Below, one piece after another: positions 13,437-25,312 of a DNA stretch of 64,000 nucleotides. How positions within the stretch are numbered: the first letter of the stretch is position 1; each line of letters starts with the position of its first letter. Where the stretch lies: contig MNCI01002989.1 of the NCBI GenBank assembly GCA_015680685.1, positions 777,706-841,705 of the forward strand, read 5' to 3'. The DNA comes from Gnetum montanum (lineage: Eukaryota; Plantae; Gnetophyta). Both the position numbers and the translations under genes were made by a program. Under the pieces are notes generated by a model that saw only the letters and a list, made by a program, of their open reading frames with translations, did no database searches and was not told where the DNA came from.

Positions 13437-13873
13437 ATGCATGAAACTTAGCCATTTTTCACATTTTTCTTTGAATTCCAAAGGAGTTTTTAATATTTTT
13501 CAAAGTCCAAAACCTTCCCAAATTCATACCTTCCTCAGTGCTTACCCGTTTTCACCCATTTTTCAATCCTTGCACTTCCAAAGGTATGTGTTACATCGTG
13601 TGGGCATTAAAACCAGCTTTGGTTAACATTTTTCTAACACCTCATTAATCAAGTATTAAAATAATATTTATAAAAATTGATACTAGCAATCAAGATTCTC
13701 TCAAGTAGAAATAAAATAATAATAAAATCCTCATGTGCTTGTGATTATTAAAAAATGACTTCACTATAAAATTTTAATTTTCCACCAAACTTAATGTGAT
13801 CAAACAATTGAAAGGTATTCAAACTTAAGGAGATTATATCAAAATAACTAATCTAGGGTTTTTTTTAATGTAG

Positions 13874-16800
13874 ATGGCATTCAAATAAGGATCACAAGTA
13901 GAAGGGCCATCATAGCCTTGGGAAAATTGGCCTCAAGGAGAAAGAGGATAGTCACAAAAACCACAACAATAGCAATAATCCTAGGGATAGCCATTGAGGT
14001 GACTCAAGCTACTAGACCCTTGCAAGAAGAGCCTCAGGTGGAATCTATTTACCGGATTTCCACCATATAGATCAACACATCTAGGCAAGTTGGGGTCCTA
14101 AGATCTCAGCCCAACCTAAACATCACTCTCACTAAAGCTTGACTGGAGAAGATTTAAAATAAGAAAGTTCAAAGCTCATTCCTTCAAGAGTTGAACCTTA
14201 GATCTTTCTTGGAGTTAGCACCAAAGAAAATTAGAACCCAACAACAAGGGTCTCTGCTATAACCTATTCTCCCCACTAGTAGGAAATGGTATATGGGAGA
14301 GACTTACCTCTTCTAGAACAACCTTCTAGGAGATTCCATTATTAAGATTAAAGATATCACCATCTCCTATTCAGTTGAGACTATAGTAAAAGCCCTTAAA
14401 TTTCATGATACTAGAACAAATCTGGCTAAGATATTAACTCAAGCAAACCCCAAGGCAAAGAAAGAATGGATTTAGTGATGCTATGAAGTGGAGCATAAGG
14501 AGCATAGGGCCCTTACTAAAGTAGAGAGAGCCTACTTCAAAGTCATGGAATATCACCTTAATCTCACACTGAGGCCAAGCAAGGTGATTACCTTCTCTAC
14601 AGGGACATGCATGACTCTAAGTCGGAAGTTTCAAGTCAATCTTCCCCAATTCATCTTTTTAAAAATTGAAAGTAATTCAAGGAAAATGAAAAGGGTAGGA
14701 AGACACTACCCTTTCCTTACCTAATCAAAAAACTTTGCAAAAAGTGGAGGCATAGCCTAGGAATAGCATACAAACTTCCTTGGTACATCTTTATTGTTGC
14801 TACCAATGCATGTGTATGCTCATGCCCATACACATGCTCATCAAATGGAACATGTATGCACCATGGAAAAATGTATAGAAAGAAAAAATTGCAATACAAA
14901 ACTACTTAACTTTTGAGGTTAGAAACTTAAACTTGCAATCTCTATTTTATTATTCCAAGTTTATACCACTAGACTAGTCATATTGGTTGACACCAAATTC
15001 ATTTTTACATTATATATATATATATATATATATTCTTGGATCTCACCCCTACCTGTTAGTAGGCCAACCCACTAGTAGGTAGAGGTGGAACCCAAGGATA
15101 CATAACCATGATAGATGATGGCCATCAAATATGCATGTGCTAGCAACGTTGCATTAAATACATACTAAGAAAATTTTTATGCTCTTCACATAGCCCACTA
15201 TGCTAATGACATCATTCACAAGGCTCCTACTACATCATGGTTAGAGATGATGAAGGATAAAGCTCCTACCAAGCTTCAAGAAGATGAAATACGACCTTCA
15301 TCACTACCTATTGCATTGGAAATGACTCCTAAAATGGCAATGACTACTAAATGCCTAAGGACATAGGAAATAATAGCTATGATAACAAGCCTTCATAGGT
15401 GATGGTGAATCCTCCATGTACCATCCAACCATGAACCATCTTAATGAGGTAGCCAAGACCATCAATTGGCTAGTAGATGAACTAGTTCTAATGTTCTTTA
15501 CATGAAGGGACCCAACCTATATTCACACTAACCCCAATGTCAAATATGTCACTATGTCCATTGTAGGAAAAGCATTCCCTAAATTCTCTAGAAATACAAT
15601 AGCCTTCTCTATCATGCTAGAGGAAGGAGAAGGAGCAACAATCCTATTCATGTCACATAAGAGTTAGGAAACTATAGTAGAGATGGTTACAAATAGGATT
15701 AGAGAAGCTCTAAGTGCTCATGTGGCATCTATCCTTGATTTTGCTACCATGGAAAATGTCCAAATATCTATAGAAGCTAGGGGTAAATGAATGAGCATAG
15801 CATAGAACAAAGAAATATTAGAATGAATGGTTAGAACTAGGCAATTAACTTTAAAGATCTTCAATATCCCAAAAGATATTTTAGTCATCCAATCACAGCT
15901 AATGAAAACAAGGGGCAAGTTACTCATCACTAACATGTAACATGAGGAAGCTACCATTAGCAACATAGAACCTGCTGGTCTAATCCATTCATTCTCAAGC
16001 CTAAGCTTAAAAAGAATGAAGCTTTTTACCATCTTTAAGAAAAACTATATGAGGTTCAGAATACAAAGGGAATGAAAATCTTTGATGCATCACTATTAAA
16101 AGCAATGAATAATTCTTCTAGTAGTGATCTTTAATAGATACACAAGAAAAATTTTGTGCTAATCCAAGAGAATGACCACCTATTAAACGTTAAGTAGTAG
16201 AAGGACCATATAGTGTAATACATCCATTAGTAGCAGGAATAGCTTGCCAAAGTAAACCAGGATGTAAGGAGGTTGCTACTAAAAATAGGAATCTCCTAAT
16301 AGAAGGTTCATACCCTTTACCATAGAACTACCATTGAGATTACTACCTACAAGAAAAAGGTCCTAAAATATGAAATAACAAGGTTGGAATGCTCAAGGAG
16401 ATCAATGAAAAATAAATCAAATTAGCAAAGGCAAAGGTGAACGAAGCTCTCCAATAACTCATACAAAGAGGTGATGTATGGTAGTCTATCTTTGATGGCC
16501 TCAATGCCTACAATCAAGCTAAAATACACCTAAAAGAGTTACAAATTGAGGATATAATGGAATAGATGGAGTTAGCCAACCTCTGATATGCAAACTTGGC
16601 AATGCTAATAGCATGGATACTAATATCAAAACTAGAAAAGCAAGTGGCTAGCTCTTACCTCCTCTATGAGGTAGCTTTCAAGCTTCATAAGGAAACCAAG
16701 AGAAAAAAATTTAAATTTGCTAACATGAAGATTAAAGTTCTTAAGGGAAGATTTAAAAATCAAAGATCAATTATTAAGGACTTGACCAGAAGAATGAATG

Positions 16801-17120
16801 ACTATAAGGAACTACAAAATCTTATTTGTATGTTTGATATCAAATGTAAATAGTTTGCAACCTAGTTTTTCAATATGAAAGAAACACTTCCAACCATGCC
16901 TTACTTGTGGGATGTAGTAGCACCAACTAATCTAGGAGAAGCCACTTGAACCATCAATGATCCATGAAGCAAGGAGGAAAAGATGAAGGTGATCCTAGAC
17001 ACCTTCAAGTTTTTAGAAGAAACAACAATACTAGCAAGGAAGCCCAGACCACCAAGAAGATCAAGACATGATGAGGGATCCTCCAAGCCATAAGAGACTC
17101 CACCTCCAAGAATAGTGTGA
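13874..17120 (+). pseudogene. Athila accessory ORF (putative plant transposon protein domain, Pro-rich linker, coiled coil), decayed
   Basis: ATG at 13874 after a TTTTTTAATGTAG acceptor; WYMGETYLF (~14287), LPFPYLIKK (~14706) and NDP*SKEEKMKVILDTF (~16956-17006) all match the second copy. Confidence 0.8.
14768..15189. mobile_element. Unclassified 422-bp insertion with 5-bp TSD, (TA)n tract and internal hairpin
   Basis: Absent from the homologous ORF at ~50640; flanked by ATAGC (14763-14767 and 15190-15194). Confidence 0.7.
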
Positions 17121-17364
17121 AGATCTCATCCCAATCCATTCCATCTATCTAGCACCTACCAATTTTGTTAACTTGTCTAGACTTTTGTATAATACACAAA
17201 TTTTTGTAACCATGCAAATATTTTGTAACATGGCACTCAAAGTTTGTCTATTATTGTAGTCATCCAGTTAGTCTATTGTTAATCCCATAATCCCCAAATT
17301 TTGTAAATAACTTGGTCCTCTTTATGTTCACTCAAGGATAATTTTTTAGTCAGTTGTGGGGGTA

Positions 17365-18219
17365 TGATAAAGTCTAAGTCAGTTAGCTACATCAATGCAT
17401 GCCTATCGATACAGTTCCATCAATACATCCTTGGACATGTTGGTATGTGCATCAATGTCAATTCTCCTGAAGCTTATATAAATGCATGTACCATATGCAT
17501 TTATGGCATCTTTAATCATTTAAACTCTTGTAGTTTTCTTTTGTAAGAACTTAGCTAAAATTCTCTCTAAATGCATGTAGCATGTATTGAGTTGATTGAA
17601 TGGAATTTTATTTAAGTGCATGTTATACCTAGATACTTCTACATGATGGGAATAAAATAAAAATTAATTCCTTCCATTGTAGCACTTGGAATAGAACTTA
17701 GTTTATTTTCACGCGCTTTACTTTAAATGCATTTGACATTTTTGCACTTAGAAAATTAATATTTTACTCCATAAAAACATGAGTACTTCAAACATGTTAT
17801 ATTAATACTTGATAATCCAAACAATGGATACTTTGTACACCTAACAGTAAACACTTGGTAACCCAGTAGCATTAGTATGTATTCATGATAGGTACAAAAA
17901 ATAGAAATGGATGCTCTACACTTAGGATAGTTTAGATTACTCTTACTTCCATAACTTAGTTAAAAATTAATATTTTAATCAATCTATCATTTTAATAATT
18001 AAAAAATAATACTAAAACCACAAATATCTTATGCCTCAATCATACTTAACCATACAAATGGAGCTAACACAAGTGATGATTGGAAAGATAATGACTAGCA
18101 ACAACATGCTTAATCACCTAGGATATTAGCCACTCAAAGATTCCATAGAATCTAATAGGATCATGTATTCACACTTGTGATTCATATGGTTAGGCATAGG
18201 GAACACTCATCACTCATCA
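17365..18219 (+). repeat. Athila-like 3' LTR (~855 bp)
   Basis: TGATAAAG...CACTCATCA; 3' end homologous to the LTR ends at 59565 and 62352. Confidence 0.85.
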
Positions 18220-19332
18220 ATAACAATGTTTAAGTTAGTACAAAGATTCAAATAGAAATTAGATAATTTGATTTTCAAAATTTTAGAACTTTGAGTTATA
18301 GGGAAGGAAGAATATACAATATTTCAAAGAAGTGATATACCTTAGTAGTGGTAATGAAGATGTAGTTATTAAAAAATTATGTACACATGATATTAGTTTT
18401 GATCTAATACCATTCATTTCTATGAATACTTTAACGCTAAAGTAGGAAGTAATTCATGTTAATTATTAAAGTTTGGGCATATGGAAAGTCATGTAGATGA
18501 GGAGCCAAATCTAAAGAAGATGTGTCCACTTAATTCATCATATAATTTCATTAGCTAGTGCATATGCTATCAACTTCAAACCATTACTATACAAGCTAAA
18601 TCCTTTAATTTAGGAGCAAATGATTTTCTTAGAAGATGTTTATCAAGAGACTCAGTTTACCAATTATATTACTTTAGTTGTCGATGATGGATCAACACCT
18701 TCCAAGTTACCAAATTATAAGATTTAGTTTCAAAGAGAGAGGTTGAGAAGAAAGAATAAGCCTTACCATCCAAAACATGGCTATTCGACCATATTTTCAT
18801 TATAGCTAAACTACAACTACATCCATTAATCTTAGAAAATAAGGAATTTCTTAATCCTTATTTCATTTTTTCTTATTTATTTATGTAATTTTTGAAAAAT
18901 TATTAAGTAAATAAATATTCTTAGGCAATACAAGTTGGGAATAAGAATTTTTCCTACCTTTAGTTAGGTAATTATAGAAAATGCAATGCACATAGTATAA
19001 CTTTGATTAGGCTTTTGATTGATAGTAGGTAGATATTTAATTCACCTATTATTATTTCCATAGGATTAATGTAAATTATTGATATGATAGCAGAAATATT
19101 TTCTCTTAGTTTTTTTTTCTAACTTATATTTCTATAGAATGAGCAAGATAACTTTAAATCTAAATCCCATTAAAAAAAAGAAATCAAAATATTAGAGCAT
19201 AAAAAAAGATCCTATCATAGTACTGAAAAAAAATCAAAGTATTAGAGTATTGAAAAATATCCTAATGTGAATTCTTTCAATGTCAAATGAAAGCTAAGTG
19301 TGTAGTTTCTTAATGCTACGAATTTGATACCA

Positions 19333-22300
19333 AATTGGATTGAATCTCTCGTCTATCCTAAGGAATGTGGGCTTCCTTTATGTTGTAAATTCTCGATTTG
19401 AATAAGAATAAAGCTTTAATTTTCTTTTCTTGTTCAATTTGATATTTTATGACATTAAGAAAGCTTGTATTGTGGAATCCATGGGAGCTCCTCATTAGAT
19501 TTGTATTAGAGTAGCTTGGAATTGAAGATAATTTCATTCAAGTGGATAATTCTTATCTCAATTATAAAAAATCACTTTAAATTCTCAAGATTAGGTGAAT
19601 TCTCTCTTGCTAATTGGTCCATTCATCTTAGGTTTGAAAATATCCCTTTTATCTCTAAGTTTATCATATCTTTCAAGATTTTGAAGATGCTTGTAGAATT
19701 GGATATACATTAGCTTGTACTAGCTAGGATTTGAAGATCTTGCACTTAGTTTTGTAAAGATATGAGTATTCTTGATTTTAGTCCTTGAGAACTCTTGAAT
19801 ATTTCAATATTTCTTATAGAATTTTATGAAAATTATTTTTTAGATCATTTTCCATTATGCCTTCAAAGAAGAAGACAATTCAAGATTTATTAAGAAATAT
19901 GGAGAAATTAAAGAATACCTTGGGAAATATTATGAGGAGAATTGAAAGAATATCTTCTAGTTGTCAAGGAAAGGAAGAATATGTAAGGTTTAGTGAATTA
20001 TAGATCAATGAGAAAAGAAGTTCTCAAGTATCTCTTATTAAGTGAAGGAGTTCTCAATACTCAAAGGTTTTAAGAGGGAACCAAAAGCTTCATCAAAGGA
20101 ACTAAGAGATATTCAAAGTCTAGGATGGTGTATGCTACTAATAAAGGAGAGTTCCTACCTCATAAGTCATGGGAGGTGAAAGATCAAAGCCAAAGAAGTA
20201 TTCAAAATTAATGAATTTCTTCAAGGAAGACCAAAGGTAGCACTAGAAGGTATGGTACTCATTCTTTTTGCAATTGTTCTATACCTTGTAGCAAGTGAAA
20301 GGAGATTTTAAGCCAAGTTAAGGTTATCTCATGGAAGAGAGGTGAGTCTTCTAGCTAAGGTATGTGGAATGATGATTACTTTTATGATTTTTTTTAATGA
20401 AATTAATGTTAAAGACATGGAGAAGAGTTTACCTTTTGAGTTGGTACCTCCAAAATGGAATGAAGAGCTTATTGATGATTCCTTTAAAGAGGAAAAGACA
20501 TTGGAATTAGGAACTCCTATTTGGAATCTTGAACCAAGCTTTATTAAGATTTGATAGCTACATGTTAAAGATCAAGTTGAACCAAAGATGGATGTGGCAA
20601 GTCATGAAGAGGTAAGGAAGTATGCATTTTATCTTGCAAATGGTAGTAATGTCTCTCATGTTGAAGCTAGTGTGATGGATGCTAGTTTTCACTTCAACTT
20701 GGTAGTGCTTTGCTTAATTGTAATGATGATAAATCATGATCATTATGGTATTTGTAATGAAATTATGAGTCATGTTTTTTGCAATGAAAGCAATGTGACT
20801 TTTGATGCCACTGTTAGTGAGAGGAAGGCTAATAATAGTAATGCCTTTGATGATGATGGCTATTTACATAGTCATGATAGAAAGGTCATTATTAATATTG
20901 ATGAAGGCATTGGTAATGATTCCATTATATAGAATTTGGATATGCTTGCTATTGCTTAGAGCAATCATGAATTTGTGAAATGTATTGAAGAACTTGATTA
21001 TCTTAACTATGAAATTGATGAGTAGCATAAAGATAATCCAAGTTGTTGTGGTGCTAATGGTGAAAGGAAGCTAAGTGGTAGTATTCTAAATACCAAAAAG
21101 AAGAAGGTAAAGAAGAGAAAAAAGAAGGGAAGAAAGGATGTTGGGTTAAGGAAGCCTAATCCTTTTGCTTTTTCTTATTCTTTTTTTGTTGCAAGTTTGA
21201 GTCATCATGGAGATGTAAGGAAAGCATTCCAAAGGAGATGATCAAATGAAGGAAGCATGGTGGGACATGAGGACAAGCCTTCATGAGCAAGGGAAGCTTA
21301 AAACCAAAATCTTAATTGACACCCATGTTCATGATTTTGATGCACTGATTCTGGATTGTTATGCTAATTATGATTACATTGAGTCATGGGGGCTTGGTGC
21401 CTTCCAACTTGTGAAAGGTCATTAAGCATTACATTTTTTAAGGATGGAAGTGATGATGACGATATCATCCAACCCTAGTGAATGAGTGCCCTATTTGTAT
21501 ATGTACGTGTGTTTATATATATCATGCATACATCTTGTTATATGTTTATGTGGGTTTTGAAATAAGTTTTGGATGAGAGAGACAAAATGTTGTGAGCTCT
21601 AAATATTCCATGTATGTTGTACTTTAGTTTGTGTGTGAATTGTGACCTATGTGATGGATAATAACTATTCAAAGTGTAAGGACCTCTTGTGTGGGAATCA
21701 AGAATCTTTTAAGGAGGAGGATAATAAGCTAATGTACTATCTCTCTAATGATGGGGTCTTTCCCTAAAGTTTTGATATGTTTTAGAGTGTTTTGGGCTCA
21801 TTTTGATGAGTTTAGGAGGCTCTAGAATCTATGAGGACTTGTTTAGATGCATCCAAAGTTTTCAAATCTCAAAACAAGTGTTTTCAATTTTAGCCTTGGT
21901 AGGAGAGTTATCTCCCCATCATGCAAGACATCTCCCTCATAGGAAAGATGCCTTTCTCAAGATGTCTCCTACAAGACATCAACTCCAAGATGTCTTCCCC
22001 AACTCCAAGACGTCTCTTGCAAGACATCTCCTCCAAGAAGTCTTCCCCAACTCCAAGGTGTCTCCTCTAAGATTTGGTTGTTTTGGGAAAGACATGTCTT
22101 GCTTCTCCAAGACATCTTGTATAGATTCCAACAAACTTCAAATTGAATTTTAATGTGGAGGGAAGACAAAGGGTCACTTAAAAAGCTATAAAAAGGCATC
22201 AAAGGCTTAAGTTTGGGTAGGCTAATCAAAATGGAGAAGGTTAGTCTCAAAGAATGAGGCTAGTCCTAAGAGAGAAGGTTGGTCTCAAGAGTGAGGTAAG

Positions 22301-22656
22301 AGATCCTTAATAGAGTGTCTTAGGAAAGGGAGTGTGAAGCTCATCTTGAGCACTCTTGTTCTTCTTATTGGTGAGTCATTATTAGCCATTGTGTGGAGAG
22401 TTGTGAGAAAAGAGAGTAGAGAGAGAGCCTTGGCCAATTGCCTTGGTTTCCATTGTTATGTGTGTGATTACTTTGATTGAGTGGTATGAGAATTGGATTG
22501 AATCTTTTGTTTGTCCTTGGGAATGTGGGCTTTTTTTATGTTGTAAATTCTCCATTTGAGCAAGAATAAAATTTTTATTTTCTTTTCTTGTTCAAATTTG
22601 ATGTTTTATGACATTGAAAGAGCTTGGATTGTGGAATCCATGGGAGCTCCTCATCA
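19333..22656 (+). mobile_element. Non-autonomous LTR element, probably CRM-like Gypsy, lacking pol; 5' LTR truncated
   Basis: 19333-19497 repeats 22491-22656; degenerate Met PBS TTTGTATTAGAG at ~19500; PPT AAGGAGGAGGA at 21711-21721; 2.2-kb interior with decayed low-complexity frames and no RT or INT motif seen. Confidence 0.8.
21722..22656 (+). repeat. Complete 3' LTR (935 bp) with AAGACGTCT/AAGACATCT repeats
   Basis: Follows the PPT and ends CTCCTCATCA; CTATAAAA at ~22186. Confidence 0.82.
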
Positions 22657-23110
22657 CCATTCCCAAATGGTACTATTTATAATTAGGTTTTGTAATTATT
22701 GATAAAAAACTTTGAATGAAAGGGCACATTGTAATTACAAGCAAGTGTTTTGAAGGAACCTTTGGGGATTTGACCTAAGGTATTTATACTAATAACTTAG
22801 AGGTTGTGCTAATATGGAGTTGCATAGCCATAAATGGTAAGGATGGATGGATGAAATGAGATAGGAAGGGATTGTTCACTTCTTCTACTTAGGTCTAGGC
22901 CCAAGTATGGTGGCAATAGTGCATTACTTCTAAGGGATAACACTAACAAAAGACAACCTTAGGACCTTTCAAAGGATAATAAAATACATTTATTCTATTC
23001 TAATTTTTTTTATCAATAAAGTTTCTTTTCTAGTTTTCTTTTTTCATTTTTGTTTTTTGTTATTTTACACATAGTGTTGAATTGTACTTATGTTTTACGT
23101 TTGTTATGCC
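22657..23110. repeat. Old dispersed repeat, copy 1 (copy 2 at ~24344-24720)
   Basis: Shared blocks in the same order: CCATTCCCAAATG, GATAGGAAG, TGGTGGCAAT, CTAAGRGATA, ATCAATAAAG. Confidence 0.6.
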
Positions 23111-23666
23111 ATGTGGGAAAGCAATGTCATAATGATTATGGCTAAGAACATAAAAAACGTCACTATTGACATCTTGTGCCTCTTCATAATCCATGCCATG
23201 TTATTAGGTTTTTCCATATAATGATTTCAAGAAGATTAATGGAGTCTACCTGAATATGGTCAAGGATAAAGAATGTTGTTTTTAGATGTTTAATACAATA
23301 GATTGAGTATAGGTTGGAATGATAAATCATGGATAAGGTACTAGTGCCATGGTATGATATGCTGAAAGGTAAAATCAACGAAAAAATTGTCGGTAACTTT
23401 TGTTAGCAAGTTGAGTCACAAAGTATTAAAAGCCTTCTTGAAAGAAATAATGCTGTACATTTTAAAAAATGTTTTTAATTTTCTTTCTAATTCTAGTGTA
23501 ATTTTTTCCATTTTAACACGAGGGCTTGCAATTTCTCAAGTATGACAAATTAATTTGCTTTTAGGAGGTTTCTTTCCCTAGAATCGGCCCTTGCTTTTAG
23601 CAGCACCTCCGATGGCTCAGCCTCCGCCTGAACAACACTGATGTCGCCACTCAGAAAGTATCTGTC

Positions 23667-23956
23667 TGACGTGTACTTGTTTGAACCATCACAAAGCAAG
23701 AGAATTTGACTTTCCAATCCAATCTGTTTTTCCCACTACGCAAACAGGTAAACACATGTAGCACGAGTGAACAGTGCTAAGGAGATCGCTTAAAAATGTT
23801 GAACGTTCCTGCATTATTTGTCTTTGACTGTTGAATATTACATTTTCAGCATTAATTGTCTTTGACTGTTGACTTCTAGGTTTACAGCTGTGGCCTGTGG
23901 CTGCTTTTTTACGACTACTCACTGTTTATTAGTCAAGAGGATGAGGATGGATGACG
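23667..23956. promoter_or_regulatory. W-box cluster (candidate WRKY-responsive enhancer) in a CpG-retaining island
   Basis: TTGACT at 23706, 23824, 23862, 23869 and AGTCAA at 23931; TGACG at 23667 and 23952; 24-bp direct repeat 23811-23834/23849-23872. Confidence 0.6.
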
Positions 23957-24343
23957 ACATAACCTGTATCTTGCTTAGGCTTGCAGGCATGGAAATGTAT
24001 GCGGTTACTAAAACTCAAGCTTGTTATTAATACATGGGCCCAGGAGTAATAACCTTGGATTGAAATTTCTGATCTGATGAGGCAAAATGACAGCCACTTT
24101 TTAAAATCAGATTCAAAAAATTTGAATAAATCAATATAAGAATCAAATTAAAATTATCGATACTAGCAAAATAAAGCACTTATATCCACCCATGTTGGTA
24201 GCTTCATTTTTCTAATTTTTTCATTTAAGGACTCAGTTAGAGTGGAAAATCAAATATCGAAATTTTAGTTTTCCATTGGCATCAAAATTAGTAATGAACA
24301 ATATAGTAAATTTAAAATTTCAATTAAAATATAATTGTCACAT

Positions 24344-24720
24344 CCCCATTCCCAAATGATGTTGATGCATAAAAAGATGGTGCCTTTTCATAACAAAAGT
24401 TATTGTTATCATAACAAGGCTTGAAAAGGGCAATTGTATTTAAGAGCCGATATAGGCAAGTCACAAGAGTCTAAGTGAAGTGGGATAGGAAGTGGACTAG
24501 CTATCCCTTTTGAACGGGTTATAGGCCTAACCCTGGTGGCAATGTTGGATTGCCTCTAAGAGATAGATGCTGAAGGAAGAGAACCCCAAGGAACACTCGG
24601 AGCACAATCTGAATACACTATTCCATATCAATAAAGCAATCTTTTCTTTCTCTTTTTGCATTTTTCCTATTATTTTCTTTGTGCATAATGTTGAATGTTA
24701 CATATAGTTTGCATTTGGTA
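24344..24720. repeat. Old dispersed repeat, copy 2
   Basis: Diverged homology to 22657-23110. Confidence 0.6.
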
Positions 24721-25312
24721 TACTGTCTTCATACGCATAATGTCTAATATATCGTATATTTGATGTTTTCCATGACATCCAAGGACTGGATGTCACAATA
24801 ATGTTATTTGTTAGACTAAATGTCTAATTCAATTTTAAATCGGCTTCAATGATGCATTGCGATATATTGCAGATCTCATGTCTCAAACTATAGTGATAAC
24901 TAATAAGAATGGTACACTAAGTTGACAACGTTTATTGGGATAGCTTTGAGGGAATTTTAGGACACATAGCTATTGTCAGTTGTATGTCATTCATGCACAA
25001 TGCATCATTTTTTTTTTGAGAAAATATCAAGTAAATTTAATTAAATTCAACATATGTATAAAAACAACCCATTTCCAAAAATCAGGGAGAAAATGTCCCT
25101 CAAAAAAAGGCATCCCAACAGCAAAAAGTCCTCTTCAAAGATCCCTAACTCAACCCTCCCAACCAACATAGCAAGGGAGATCCATGGGAAAAACCCATAC
25201 AATAGCCAACCCAAACCAAACATACCCAACACACCTTGGCCAAGCGAACCAACACAAAATAGTAAACATTAAACCAACCCCCTACATATGCTGAGGTAGA
25301 GTGAAAGATGAT

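Larger units (their letters stand above)
12800..18219 (+). mobile_element. 3' half of an Athila-like element (spacer, internal promoter, accessory ORF, PPT, 3' LTR)
   Basis: Colinear homology with the reverse complement of 47662-52600; PPT GTGGGGGTA then TG at 17365; left boundary approximate. Confidence 0.85.

Noticed and set aside
19320-19333. TTTGATACCA as a minus-strand Met PBS of another element
   Set aside because: Short match only, with no supporting LTR pair or gag to its left; it coincides with the truncation point of a plus-strand LTR
23560-23630. Possible orphan exon after TTTTAG in the CpG island
   Set aside because: Only a short frame ending in a stop, with no partner exons or recognisable product; a regulatory reading fits better
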